Of a stretch of 61,108 nt of DNA, positions 46,101-54,127 are shown in pieces. Source of the DNA: a virus (Duplodnaviria > Caudoviricetes). The notes under the pieces are model-generated. The model worked only from the letters and a program-made list of their open reading frames with translations. It did no database searches and was not told the DNA's origin. Made by a program: the position numbers and the translations under genes. How positions within the stretch are numbered: the first letter of the stretch is position 1; every line of letters begins with the position of its first letter. The stretch covers positions 1-61,108 of the IMG/VR virus record IMGVR_UViG_3300046779_001067. One strand, written 5' to 3'.

Positions 46101-48419
46101 TCTTATGATTCCCTGATGTCTGAACTAGACCGGCAGTTTACCTATCTAGGACTGAGTGTAAGTACTACTGGTTCTGATACACCTAGCAAGTTCTTGCTGA
46201 CACCTCAACCTATTACTAAGGGTCATCCTTTGATGGCTAACAGCAAGCATAAAGACGTTGATGGTAAACCACTCCGTTACATCGACATCCTTGATGCTGT
46301 TCACAATAGCCTTTCAGAGGCTGTAAAAATGATTAGTGCTGGTGAGCATTCTGACCTGATGGCATATGCTGCTCATTCTGCAATCACTAAGGATGCTAAA
46401 GCTCTACGTGCTTTGTATACAGAGACGCTTGGTCGTTCTTCGTATGAAACACTGACGAGTACAGATGTACACAAGGCATCACTCGCACCTATTGAAGACT
46501 CAAAGACAGGTATTGTTGCACTTGATAAACGTGTGCAATCTTTGTACAAGGATAGCACTGCTCCTTATGGTGACCTAAAGAAGAATGAAGTCAACAATGC
46601 TATGGGTCGGGTTCAGTATGCGGCTGGTAGCGGCACTCCTATTTACAGTCTGCGTCCTATTAGTGATGCTGTTATCAGCGATACTGGTGAGCCTGATGAG
46701 GCTAGTGCGGATAACCCAGTAACTGTAGTCGCTGAAGACGGAACTGAGACGATTGCTACAAGTGAGTCAGCAGTTAGCCGTATCTTGAACTTCCTTGATA
46801 AGAACCCTGTTACTAAGACTCTTGATGTTATCAATGCACTAGGTCGGTTCCCAATGGCAGGTGACTGGTCAGCTCCACTGGTTCAGAACTGGATGCTTGC
46901 TAACCCGATTGAATCACCTGACTTGTTCTTCAAGTCACTTATGTTTGGTCCAAAGTCACTTGCACCTAACATAGGATTTGATAACGGAACCAATATTGTG
47001 AACCGCCGTATGTTCTATGGACGTAAGCAAGTTCACGAAATGGGTGACGTTATTCGTTCCAACCGATTCTATGAATTGGCTAAGGAGGCTAATCTCAACC
47101 TAGCTACTATGGAATACGACCGTATTCTTGAGCAGAAGCGCAAGGAACGAGAAGAGAAACTTGAGCAACTAAGGCAACGTGACCCGAACGCAACTCTTCC
47201 TGAGATTGACTTGATGGATATTGATGAACTTGATGTAGACCCTGACATCCAAGGTCTATTGACTGGTGAACGTCACGTTCCACTCAAGGCTGCATCTGAG
47301 CGTGCTATGACGATGATGAAGGACTACGTAAAGTTCAACAAGTTCTATCAGGCGTGTGAGCATTACGTTGAACTTGGATATGACCCATCTTCTGAAGGAT
47401 TCAAGGAAATGGCTAGTGATATGGCTGCTATCTTGAATGTTATGAATGGTGATGTCAAGTTCACTGCTAATGAATATGACAAGGCTATTGGTCGATTGAT
47501 GCGGCGTGTAATGTTTGCACCACGTTGGCTTACCAGTCGTGTTATTGCTGACCCAATCCTTCGTCAGGCTGTTGCTATGTTTGAACCTGGTAAGAAGTGG
47601 TTAAAGGCGAACGGTATTCCTACGGACCGCTCTTTGAACCCATATGTACTTAGGGCTAATATCCGAATGGCAGCGAAGGCTCAAGCCTTCTGGTATGCAC
47701 TATTGGCATTCTTTGGTTATATGCGACCGTTTGACCAGTTCAAGGTTCAAACTTCGGTTGGTAATATGGCTACAAAGATTCAGGTTGGCAACTATGTGTT
47801 CAAGGCTCCGGGTGGAAGCATGATGGCACTTGAGTTTATGGACTCCTTCTTCAAAGCAGTTAAGGTTTCTGCTAAGGATTCACCAAAGGAAGGTGTAAAG
47901 AAGATGACTGAGATGATGTCATCCTTTGCACTTGGTCGTATCGTCAACTCACCTGCAATCGGAATTATGACGGAGGCATTTACTGGTCGGGACTTTATGG
48001 GTAAGCCTGTAGGTTACATTGATACAGACTTGCAATCTTGGTGGGAAGGTGTAGCCCGTCCTACGATGTCTGAGATTGGTATTCCTCTACCAGATATGAA
48101 ACTCAGTAAGTTCGTAACGAAGAACCTTATGTTCTTGTGGATGCAGTCTTATCTTGAAACATATAAGATGGCTGAAGACAGACTAGAGGACGATAAGTTC
48201 TTTGAGGCTGGGTTCATAGGTGCTGTATCTGCACTAGGTGGTCGTATTAGATATAACCCACCTGCTGGTAAGGGTGAGTATGATTACGATACATACGGTA
48301 ACCCACCGGGAGTACAGCACTACATCCTTGGTATTGATAGAGAAGAGTGGTTGGCAAGTCCTGGTGCTAGAACAACGCCAGAGCAGATTGAGGCTATGGA
48401 GCAGGAGTTACTGAAATGA
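37149..48419 (+). CDS. Giant multidomain internal virion/ejection protein (3756 aa; polyvalent-protein-like)
   Basis: Uninterrupted ORF; Ala/Gly hydrophobic N-region, PKVE linkers, internal duplications, C-terminal EAFTGRDFMGKP motif. Confidence 0.75.
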   Translation: MAENPKQRFRRVLNDLSQDDRTFIDSSLRRIYSESLSYGLKNNFLTKDEVVKYQNLGQQRDAALRKVNVLDPQGQPISKETTVPVMRNGQIVQEKRVTPVTPFDLLRRTGGQMEGGPADGPLFTGYTLDTQSPLGTARKRFQEEVIPSAKKTASELEAAKGETKFFQPGTIGGLTAGAITSIPVGAFKAVTAPLASAVSRGVGVFNPEASEAMDTALAKAYYPKATIDVSQPFKTGMDVAEIAGTKFAEAIPASIAALTAGSAAAIPASAVTTPIGGAVAGVATGLAAATATGQAQNFLTEFALGSSYKPSEKGFGFDIQRSPLSQARAEFMGERTELAPSAAFAGEFAPNLLMGTPTLPKGFVGGLKSGYQATKLGTAGRQALAAASIPTEGLAGRFAATPLAQTGRAIGQSLERIPGVGTAATFGRGFSASPAGQEFLSDITERGVEGSADLYLALKGNAEKPESERDPLWKILGMTALGSMFEGRHRLGDILNAPGQKIGKSIVRGLDARYGTTTPFAYEGLTPSTPSITPEGVPTTPIVPKGRVSGTSTPAPTLASNVVPIGGGNVAVVDAETMTTTIQPAPPVDSDRTPITNPAIGTNVLDAVASIAPKVSDIVSGTYGRVGTMFGRVPSKGGESQLFLGLTADGLAMVKVTDKKTGESSVDLISPDLLIGDNKRIASKAFKAGNLLPSDKTGYQRKGYDSELSQASSYIPTSEGEGPSFDDFDREINISGTPFYGRIVKAVDNNYSVVQVPSPVSGFDMMVVPNDTIQGITREGIKEGVKAGQVAREVLDTTAMNLDMSGYRVDRTKHNPLFKDTDRTTVKGEFNPILLTPDQMSDVDTRKTNIRNYRNQLISQGLPDGTVKDRLAAARKENNKGLDKTISPAVNQYEVGSLIDHVTPSGEVDTAVVVGNSKFGPVAVSATNPSSPAYIVQESAIARAYGEVSPITKAEAKKAETVTPTPKVEPVAKAEPVKRTEPKVEPAKKVEPKAEAPKVEEKPKPEPKVDTSTQKQKDVAEARRKIIEEIDSERQTIEDALKPVPLSTGEKKELTITPKQQAINEAGNDGAKQIAVELKFDDMLPFAEIVKSWFGKKFTIGGETGTLIGTNLNGELLFMVDVDAGYKVLRTPRMADLSVDEKIDIFGSLLDAEIFSRLQLNANIDSNNLHYEIQSPDFPTPIPLGVVSKNRSETWVGGRKIYDDNGLSIYQTSSGQLIYLPSGGDATPVVEPINTGRTSSSPEFRPRGTTPVTQVSVTAPVTTPVEPKPEAVVQPKQQAKPAPTVERPAQAGELARPIRGGLNRIDAGVKDLKKKLVTFKVDDLGNKRNPDPYNQARVDDSRRAVESTVDTLSKDFVETLSKVSIAKTKVIDTLAKEIESGKATPESIALAETSIKNIDSAIASIKSNFNSVKPSLDTHLGEQSRIGAISKSIDRLESLKLPEAKAKEVKPVEPKVEVTKPTTPEAEVKPTTPTTTFTPQEQKVINDVEAEINAETRYWGRVLTRIKGWDTFSDAAKREIKSLVDDNGAELLAPEIDDTFDSNIMEFETLPLNFTNRVAKVLRPGMIAPDGSKFKAIVERGSTTPVVKPEPKIETPKAEVKPTTFTPEEKTAIDKIADLLQSSDIRWGRVKFATQGWNTFSDAAKARITQLVNAKNGEVIAPKFGDTVDETIMDIGLVTGDYSGKVAETIAAGMRDKSTGDVFIAKVRPASTGEINAGKPEVTTPVEPTVEGPVTGFGVESPKDVAQLTGEKRFELGKKLNKEQRASILKRVGDSYKDQRHQKEFAGLDSRGEEMYRYPYSTEHMYVSNITGKFIRYYVVIPSDIAQELTGVKRDIYAHPSELFPDISMPKAVEMARMTKSKELRELIAEAESNGFITENESRTAINILPSYVEDKAKPNRTKTIEDIIRKAERINEPNEEVDVLEKAIRDNAKDGIPEFLDAKMLANFAEGKLARTYAFKDINGLPIRQFPGVVTAAKARIKREGATPEVEAPKVNPVVKETAIETADLISEPIFTPEEEGSELNTTLPGDVEILDDPSLVRIQASIEGLGNINDVFRKARNIGELQQTLVNVITDANQGINPAEAQKYATAISQYYDEWIHAFVNRDLLLAQQLAQGVTAFKSAAPSGDAAEYSIFEKPIEEGMDFAKRKAVERQNRVARLYQSVDMPRLNSIIDMLNDEASRKVVALNEEGKYQYLPINFFTKAGEGTALTPTQKADVVAKVQAKLVRERYRTNMPVFAVLSKAPEINRDFNDLFVGEGAYVNIRGNDTNIGQQVVFLTKNNSDPSTIVEELSHALLENMPIDMAREVATKLGKTLREPTSTNTSVTSYELQEMFAARMKLSFLTGEKAAFTGVQGSKATKKRLGEVWDTIQGFMRKAYGRMVDGTAIPADDKPKVEWVVPYNNQTVSLWDKAPILFRNNDGTLSRGVIQPTKKYPGGPGLVRDTMLEKPIVTVKTADGTTVDIAPKSVVALSDFISETPEFGKMMLTFMSGSAGQRGVSVVGLLNSYGDVTKALSDSTYEGLQGKFDEFIDDTDSKYRLDATGDATQKANAETILKAEMPNRLLGIVNQAYKYGLLSDVSDNPSDSLSLQNWLNVVGVMRSGNGTTSDTFAKGKSTKMSAYDWYRSSIKDLQKAIKDAEPYASQLEIQGDYQRLNYNVDADNTGGNVLYSSRQVGDTPRINRALANGQSSNTNPDSQTPGDYAESATSSGMPRESVTPIVERRVIADADRSGLGNSNIRVMELNDVLVIDGTIGLSPVGIDTIGKAIDFAARNNIQNAILVSPATPSEDLGYNDRGGYTVNPSVTFEFENPVTDNMYAVMKRIYPYIRKGLDSRSVTLHNVEEVGKPYEESLNTFEQAVDKIAREISKRRVPVQAIQGAERIWHFGNQSAEGYAIPYYEARNVLHLLKPEIYETGREPVADKRVKSVLEDAISSVSGRSISLPNIDFASVPDNPERRIAMVDNYNRLPDNTYSTNPETKASYDSLMSELDRQFTYLGLSVSTTGSDTPSKFLLTPQPITKGHPLMANSKHKDVDGKPLRYIDILDAVHNSLSEAVKMISAGEHSDLMAYAAHSAITKDAKALRALYTETLGRSSYETLTSTDVHKASLAPIEDSKTGIVALDKRVQSLYKDSTAPYGDLKKNEVNNAMGRVQYAAGSGTPIYSLRPISDAVISDTGEPDEASADNPVTVVAEDGTETIATSESAVSRILNFLDKNPVTKTLDVINALGRFPMAGDWSAPLVQNWMLANPIESPDLFFKSLMFGPKSLAPNIGFDNGTNIVNRRMFYGRKQVHEMGDVIRSNRFYELAKEANLNLATMEYDRILEQKRKEREEKLEQLRQRDPNATLPEIDLMDIDELDVDPDIQGLLTGERHVPLKAASERAMTMMKDYVKFNKFYQACEHYVELGYDPSSEGFKEMASDMAAILNVMNGDVKFTANEYDKAIGRLMRRVMFAPRWLTSRVIADPILRQAVAMFEPGKKWLKANGIPTDRSLNPYVLRANIRMAAKAQAFWYALLAFFGYMRPFDQFKVQTSVGNMATKIQVGNYVFKAPGGSMMALEFMDSFFKAVKVSAKDSPKEGVKKMTEMMSSFALGRIVNSPAIGIMTEAFTGRDFMGKPVGYIDTDLQSWWEGVARPTMSEIGIPLPDMKLSKFVTKNLMFLWMQSYLETYKMAEDRLEDDKFFEAGFIGAVSALGGRIRYNPPAGKGEYDYDTYGNPPGVQHYILGIDREEWLASPGARTTPEQIEAMEQELLK

Positions 48420-49195
48420 CACCAGTACAGCAGTTCATTAATATCGCCAGAGGATGGGTCGGCACAAAGGAGGAGCCAGTAGGAAGTAACCGTTCATTCC
48501 ATATTGATGTATGGAATAAGTCATGCGGTGTACCTCTAGGTTCCTTCTGGTGTGCATCATTCCTTTGCTCTGGCGTACACAATAGATGGAAGTTCCTTAC
48601 GGGGCTTGACTGGCAACTAGGCACATCTGCAAGCTGTGATGTATTACTCGCAAGGGCTAAACGTCTAGGTATCCTTCATAAGACTCCATACGTTGGTGAC
48701 ATAGGCTTTGTGCTTGCTCCTAAGGACGATACAGACGCTGTTCATGTGTTCTTGGTATCAGGCTTCAAGGACGGAAAGTTTACGTCTATAGAGGGCAATA
48801 GCAACCTAGATGGTAGCCGTAATGGTACAGAGGTTGTTGAGCGTTCTGACCTCTACAAGTTTCGTAACCCTAGCAGGATAGTGTTTGCTAGGTGGGCTGA
48901 CCTAATTGATGAGGTCGCTGATGGATGGAATGTAGTGATTGGTTCTGACACCATCAAGGCTGTGAATGCTAACGGTAAGACGTACTCGCCACTTCGTCCT
49001 ATGCTTGAGGCTTTGTATGGCGAAGAAGTAAAGACTCGCTTGACGTTTGACTTAGTCCCATTGTGGGATGGTGGGACAATACCTTGTTCGCCAATCATTA
49101 TGGATGGTAAGTCTATGGTGTCAGTAAGAGACTTTGCTAACTGGCAGGGACTGAATATCGTAATCGACGATAACTCTATCGTACTGAAGAGATAG
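48416..49195 (+). CDS. Endolysin, CHAP-type peptidase with C-terminal copper-amine-oxidase-N/stalk-like domain
   Basis: WCASF, HVFLV and SIEGN motifs; GKTYSPLR and GKSMVSVRDF repeats. Confidence 0.85.
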   Translation: MTPVQQFINIARGWVGTKEEPVGSNRSFHIDVWNKSCGVPLGSFWCASFLCSGVHNRWKFLTGLDWQLGTSASCDVLLARAKRLGILHKTPYVGDIGFVLAPKDDTDAVHVFLVSGFKDGKFTSIEGNSNLDGSRNGTEVVERSDLYKFRNPSRIVFARWADLIDEVADGWNVVIGSDTIKAVNANGKTYSPLRPMLEALYGEEVKTRLTFDLVPLWDGGTIPCSPIIMDGKSMVSVRDFANWQGLNIVIDDNSIVLKR

Positions 49196-49214
49196 CAAAA
49201 GAGAGTAGGTTCCC

Positions 49215-49454
49215 CTACTCTCCATCTTTACTTTCCTCTTTATGTTGGATGAGGTCTATCTCAACTGACGCTAGTTTAGATAACTTGTACATCATCATGT
49301 ACTGGTCAACTCTACGTTGGCTAGACTCGTCCTCGATATCAATACCTTTCTCTTCCAGCCATATTCCCATACGTATGTATTCTATGTAATCGTATATGAG
49401 AGTGAACCCATAACAGATTGCTATTCCTATGACTGCTCCGATTAGGTATTGCAT
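49215..49454 (-). CDS. Small membrane protein
   Basis: N-terminal TM. Confidence 0.7.
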   Translation of the reverse strand: MQYLIGAVIGIAICYGFTLIYDYIEYIRMGIWLEEKGIDIEDESSQRRVDQYMMMYKLSKLASVEIDLIQHKEESKDGE

Positions 49455-49459
49455 ATGTG

Positions 49460-49723
49460 CTACTTATCTTTCAGCATGACTGTACGTATTAATGTCCTGT
49501 TGTTATAGGTAGATAGGATAGATGCTGCACTGTCTACTATTGTTAGGTATTTGGGATTCACTATCTTCCCTGCGTGTCCAACGATTCCATCATCATTTTT
49601 TACGTAGACATCAGCAGCATATTCATTTGGGTGTTTCTCGAAGAACTTATATGCAGTCTTTGCTAGTTCTATGATAAGACTCTCGTCTTTATTAGGTCTT
49701 ATTGCTTGCAATTCAATCTTCAC
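49460..49723 (-). CDS. Hypothetical protein
   Basis: ORF in a coupled operon. Confidence 0.7.
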   Translation of the reverse strand: MKIELQAIRPNKDESLIIELAKTAYKFFEKHPNEYAADVYVKNDDGIVGHAGKIVNPKYLTIVDSAASILSTYNNRTLIRTVMLKDK

Positions 49724-49925
49724 TTGTCACCTCGCTAATATCTATCTGCAACACGCTTGCAATCTGGTTTATGTATTGAGAGCCGTCTCTCCTGCCCTTC
49801 TCAATACAGTTCATTATCTGAGGTGATATGTGAGAGCCATCAGTATTGAATACTTTACGAGCAAGCTCTCTTTGTGACATCCCTAACTCTTTACGGCGTG
49901 TAACGATAACCTCACCTATTGTCAT
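49713..49925 (-). CDS. XRE-family HTH protein
   Basis: RRKELGMSQRELA...IEKGRR. Confidence 0.85.
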   Translation of the reverse strand: MTIGEVIVTRRKELGMSQRELARKVFNTDGSHISPQIMNCIEKGRRDGSQYINQIASVLQIDISEVTSED

Positions 49926-50173
49926 CTTGTTACCTTTTTGTTGCCATCAACAATATGGTCATCAGACCATTTGCCATAATCCCAGTCACTTGCGACTAGG
50001 TCATCTAGTGTTACGCTTGGATACTTATCGCATATATCCATACCGATATTGAAGTCGTGGTCTATGAACTGCTGGATACTTGCATCGTGGTACAAGGCTC
50101 TTGTTTTACCCCACGCCTTGCGATAGATAGGTCTACCTGCTTGTAGGTGCTTTAGTATTCCACCGAATGTCAT
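49922..50173 (-). CDS. DUF2829/Tad2-like protein
   Basis: MTFGG..KHLQAGRPIYRKAW...DLVASDW. Confidence 0.7.
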   Translation of the reverse strand: MTFGGILKHLQAGRPIYRKAWGKTRALYHDASIQQFIDHDFNIGMDICDKYPSVTLDDLVASDWDYGKWSDDHIVDGNKKVTR

Positions 50174-50370
50174 TCCACTATCTCCCAGTCGTTTGACAGT
50201 ATGTCAGCTGATGATAGGTTCGCTATCCCATCAAAGACTCTGTTGTTAGCCCCATCTAGTCTGTAGGTTATCAGTCGTTTATCTACCATCTGAATGAACC
50301 ACCTGGCTCCTATACGTCTGATACGGCTACCCTTACGAACATCATCAAGTGCTTGGCACAGAGTCTTCAT
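50170..50370 (-). CDS. DUF2829/Tad2-like protein
   Basis: QALDDVRKGSRIRR...DILSNDWEIVE. Confidence 0.65.
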   Translation of the reverse strand: MKTLCQALDDVRKGSRIRRIGARWFIQMVDKRLITYRLDGANNRVFDGIANLSSADILSNDWEIVE

Positions 50371-50626
50371 CTACCACTACCTCATACTTCTCGATTACTT
50401 TGTTGATTGCGTTGATTCCCCAAGGAAGAGTCATCTTAGGTGACGGCACTCCTTCATCAACCAATATGAGACTGATGTCTCTTCGGCTTACGCCACCCTT
50501 ATACATATTCCAGATACGCAACTGAACGTCATCTGGTATCTGGTCGATAAGTTTCACTCTCTTATAGGGAACTGGTTTCACATTCCCAGATGCAGATAAT
50601 TGACTGATATGTTTTACGCCTATCAT
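50345..50626 (-). CDS. Small DNA-binding protein resembling the serine-recombinase DNA-binding domain (no catalytic domain)
   Basis: RIWNMY.GG.S.RDIS..L.DEGVPSP...W...AI pattern. Confidence 0.55.
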   Translation of the reverse strand: MIGVKHISQLSASGNVKPVPYKRVKLIDQIPDDVQLRIWNMYKGGVSRRDISLILVDEGVPSPKMTLPWGINAINKVIEKYEVVVDEDSVPST

Positions 50627-50726
50627 TCCTAACTCCTAGTATGCTTGTCTATCAAGTATCCTAAACCCAAATAGTAGCAGGTTATGGATGCAACGACGAT
50701 GCAGATTATGGTCAAAAGTACGTTTA

Positions 50727-50948
50727 TCATTTGGTGATTGGTATCCCTAACTTAGCGGCTGCGCCTTTGAGATTGCGACAGTCAAGGACGATGTACGCTC
50801 GGTAAAGTAGGTCATCAAAGGTGCGCTTCTTGATACCTAGTAACTCTGCTGCCTCTGTACGATTCTTCGTGCTACACGCCGCCTTGATAGCCTGACGTTG
50901 CCAATTGCTAACGCTCTTTAATCCTCGGCGGTCTTCAATACTTTCCAT
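50727..50948 (-). CDS. HTH DNA-binding protein
   Basis: NRTEAAELLGIKKRTF. Confidence 0.75.
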   Translation of the reverse strand: MESIEDRRGLKSVSNWQRQAIKAACSTKNRTEAAELLGIKKRTFDDLLYRAYIVLDCRNLKGAAAKLGIPITK

Positions 50949-52321
50949 TACAAACTCCCCTCTGGTATGTCCTGGAATCTTGCGATTGTCTTGTGGAACT
51001 CTACCCTTGAAACCCCTATTGAACCGTTACGGTTCTTCGCAGTAATAACCTCAGTCTCTGACGGGAGGTTATCGTCCCAACTGCTTCTATCTTCCGAATA
51101 ATAGTCCGGTCTGTACAGAAATTGTACCACGTCAGCGTCAGATTCAATATCGCCAGACTCACGTAAGTCTGACATGATTGGTCGCTTGTCATTCCGCTGT
51201 TCACTTGCACGTGACAGAGATGATAGAGCTATGACCGGAATATTGAACTCTTTCGCTATGGACTTTAAGCCTCTGCTCAGTACGCCGATATCACGTGTCC
51301 TACCTTGCGTCTCCTTGCCTGTGTCAAGCATCTGGAGGTAGTCAACCACTAGGATGGATAATGCTCCCTTGCGTTGCATATCACGAGCCTTCGCCCTGAT
51401 GCTCTGAATGGTCACAGGAGTGTCAGTAGAGAAGTAAAGGGGTAATGAGTCCACCTCACGTTGTGTAGCCTCCATAGCGTCACGCTCAGACTTAGAGAAG
51501 TAACTGTTGGATATTGATTGCCCGTCTACGTTTCCGATTATCTGTAGGAGGCGTTGGCTAATCATGTCCTGTGACATCTCGATGCTGATGTAGAGCGCAC
51601 CGCCACCATTCGTCTTGCAGTATCTAGATGCGTTGATTGCATACTGTAGTCCAAGTGATGACTTACCCATAGATGGTCTGCCACCAAGGATGATTAGTTC
51701 ACCTTCCTTGAATCCGTTGATGACTTTATCGATATCAGCGAAGCCTGTAGGAATGCCCTTCTTGCGACCATTAAGGATGCCTGAGATGCTTTCCCGTAGT
51801 ACGTCACCTGCGCTTGATACTACGTTGGTGGAACTGTTTATCTCAGTACCTTTGGCAAAGTCCAAGGTGATTACTTCAGGGTCAACCTCACCTTGCTGCG
51901 CTCGTAGCATAGCGTATTCAGAGTTGACTACGATATTCCTAAGCTCGTGGTATCGCTTGACCTTATTGGCGTAGGTTACAGCGTTGGATGTAGTGAATTC
52001 CATATCGCCTAACTGAAGTAGATATGCCAACCCACCAATCAGGTCTATCTGGTTATGGTTAGTCAGGTCATCATTCAGGAGGACAATATCGCAACTGCCT
52101 TGTGTCTGAGATACGACTCGTTTCATCGCAGAGAAGATTGCTTGGTTACCAGGACGATAGAACATCTGCTCATTGACGATATGCTCTACATCATCCATTA
52201 CCTTTTTACCGCCAAGGAGGATAGTCCCCAGAAGGGACATCTCCACCATAGCGTCGAATGGGTAGTATCCATCCTTCTTGTTTGCAGATAGGTCAGATAC
52301 ACGTTTCTCTAATTCTGTCAT
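50948..52321 (-). CDS. dnaB: Replicative DNA helicase
   Basis: GRPSMGKS, VVDYLQ and SDLRESGDIESDAD motifs. Confidence 0.97.
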   Translation of the reverse strand: MTELEKRVSDLSANKKDGYYPFDAMVEMSLLGTILLGGKKVMDDVEHIVNEQMFYRPGNQAIFSAMKRVVSQTQGSCDIVLLNDDLTNHNQIDLIGGLAYLLQLGDMEFTTSNAVTYANKVKRYHELRNIVVNSEYAMLRAQQGEVDPEVITLDFAKGTEINSSTNVVSSAGDVLRESISGILNGRKKGIPTGFADIDKVINGFKEGELIILGGRPSMGKSSLGLQYAINASRYCKTNGGGALYISIEMSQDMISQRLLQIIGNVDGQSISNSYFSKSERDAMEATQREVDSLPLYFSTDTPVTIQSIRAKARDMQRKGALSILVVDYLQMLDTGKETQGRTRDIGVLSRGLKSIAKEFNIPVIALSSLSRASEQRNDKRPIMSDLRESGDIESDADVVQFLYRPDYYSEDRSSWDDNLPSETEVITAKNRNGSIGVSRVEFHKTIARFQDIPEGSL

Positions 52322-52815
52322 TCCGCAATCGCCTTTACTTGAGTCTTGGCATCAATCTGCACAAGGTTCTGAACCGTATCGTTAGCATCCTTCGTCCAGT
52401 CACGCAGGGCTGAGATGAGCTTATCTCTATCCATCTTCCCTGCTGACTGCCATCCCCCTATGTACTTGACTGCTACGACATCAAAGGGGTGTAGGTCACC
52501 ATCTGTAAGCCATTCAACCTCACGTGATTCACGCATCTTTGGATGGACATCTGCTAGGAACCGACAGATACGATTGAACATCTGAATGACGGATGTCTCA
52601 CCGCAACGAATACCACGCACCTTGCGAAGGATGGCTGCTGGACTAGGGCGGAAGTCCTCAGTCTTGAGCATCTCGATAACTACGTCAATAGCAGTCTTAT
52701 CATCTACGTCCTTGAGAGCGATTGCATAACCTACCGCTACGCCATCATCCCATCGCTGTTGGGCTGGCATAGCACTAAGGATGCCAGCAACTGTACCGAA
52801 CGCTTTATCAGTCAT
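52318..52815 (-). CDS. Probable helicase loader/inhibitor
   Basis: FRPSPAAI motif; position between the initiator and dnaB. Confidence 0.55.
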   Translation of the reverse strand: MTDKAFGTVAGILSAMPAQQRWDDGVAVGYAIALKDVDDKTAIDVVIEMLKTEDFRPSPAAILRKVRGIRCGETSVIQMFNRICRFLADVHPKMRESREVEWLTDGDLHPFDVVAVKYIGGWQSAGKMDRDKLISALRDWTKDANDTVQNLVQIDAKTQVKAIAE

Positions 52816-53188
52816 AGTAATTCTCCCATTCCGAACCGTCTAGATAACCTTCTAACTTCGTTTGTGCATACGATTGCATCGTTGCATTCAACTCTGCCTC
52901 AACCCAGTACTTCACCCCATCAAGGGTTTCCTCTAGAGTGAGTGTCTCGCCTTCTTCAGATTGCATAGCGTTCTTCAACGCTGTAGCCCAATAGTTTCGT
53001 GGAGTAAGTAACTCTTGTGGGATACTCCCACCAGCATAGAGTAATGCTGTTATTTCAAGAACCTTTGTAGTCTCGACTACTTCGTACGTAACTGTCGTAT
53101 TGGACTCATCATCCTCAAGGTCTAACTCTGTCATCCACTCTTTAGGGAATGCCCAGTCAAACTGCTCGTTCATAGTAACGTCTGCCAT
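52808..53188 (-). CDS. Acidic hypothetical protein
   Basis: ORF with GGAGGTAGGT RBS and upstream TTGACA-16-TAAAGT. Confidence 0.75.
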   Translation of the reverse strand: MADVTMNEQFDWAFPKEWMTELDLEDDESNTTVTYEVVETTKVLEITALLYAGGSIPQELLTPRNYWATALKNAMQSEEGETLTLEETLDGVKYWVEAELNATMQSYAQTKLEGYLDGSEWENYYD

Positions 53189-53232
53189 ACCTACCTCCTA
53201 TGCCAAGTACTTTACCATAATACACCGTACTG

Positions 53233-54105
53233 TCAAGACATCTCTCTAACAAACTTCATTACATCTACCGCAGATGTTGCGTGGTCTTTCGTTGTCGCCT
53301 TTGCGATAGGTGTTCCTATTGGTGCTGAGAGCTGTGTTGCAGTTGACCAGTGTTTCCATAAAGAGTTGATGGATACCATCTGTACGTTGCCCCACTTCAG
53401 GGTGAGGTTCTTACAAGCGTTGACTAGGGTTTCAGGTGATACAGACTTGTTGACCATCTGGTAGAGAATGAAGTAAACGGACTTCCATTCGGTGACATTG
53501 AAGTCTGTTGCGTCCTGGTCAGGGTATCTCCACTGCCTGAATGCGATGTAAAGTTCACGTGCTGGGTCATCATCCTTTGGAAGGGAAACCTTTGAGCGTT
53601 TCTTTGTTGCTACCTTTGGTACAACAACCTCTGGAACAGAGGGAATATTGTTAATTGATTCTTGTTCTAATTGGTTCTTGTTAATAGGGGTACAAATTTC
53701 TTTACCCTCCCCCCTATAAAAAACTTGACCCTCCCCCTGTAAGTTTCTTTCCCCCTCAACCGATGGTGAACCGGGGAATATGACGTATTCGTTGCTTGTC
53801 TGTCGCTTGTCAGAGAACCTTGCAGTACGCTGCATAACCTTGTAGCCATCAATGACCTTAGACTCTAAACCAGATAGCGCATTGCGAACTGTAGGGGCTG
53901 ACAGCCCTGTAGTTTCAACTAGTCTAGGGATTGATGGGAAGCACACGCCGTTAGCGTCAGCGTGTAGAGATATAGCACAAAACACCATCCATTCAGCTGA
54001 AGTGAAGTGCTTCATATGCTTGAGTATCCGGTGTTCTATTTGGATAAATGAAGTGGAATGAGACTCCTGCAAATTGCGGAGCCTCCCGTTGAATATCGAA
54101 ATCAT
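53233..54105 (-). CDS. Replication initiator (N-terminal winged HTH) containing iterons
   Basis: CFPSIPRLVETTGLSAPTVRNAL...SNEY; G-rich repeats at 53675-53757. Confidence 0.85.
   Translation of the reverse strand: MISIFNGRLRNLQESHSTSFIQIEHRILKHMKHFTSAEWMVFCAISLHADANGVCFPSIPRLVETTGLSAPTVRNALSGLESKVIDGYKVMQRTARFSDKRQTSNEYVIFPGSPSVEGERNLQGEGQVFYRGEGKEICTPINKNQLEQESINNIPSVPEVVVPKVATKKRSKVSLPKDDDPARELYIAFRQWRYPDQDATDFNVTEWKSVYFILYQMVNKSVSPETLVNACKNLTLKWGNVQMVSINSLWKHWSTATQLSAPIGTPIAKATTKDHATSAVDVMKFVREMS
53675..53757 (-). promoter_or_regulatory. Putative replication origin iterons (lambda-O-like, inside the initiator gene)
   Basis: Repeats GGGGGAGGGT(C/A)AAG at 24-bp spacing next to an AT-rich tract. 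Confidence 0.65.
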
Positions 54106-54127
54106 AACTACCTCCTTGGGAATAGGA

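Noticed and set aside
37149-48419. Virion RNA polymerase or tape-measure identity for the giant protein
   Set aside because: I found no DxDGD/DFDGD or T7-type polymerase motifs and no tape-measure periodicity; cannot be fully excluded without HMM or structure searches.
50345-50626. Serine integrase / temperate lifestyle
   Set aside because: Only a 93-aa DNA-binding-like fragment, with no catalytic domain or att site; lifestyle cannot be called temperate from this.
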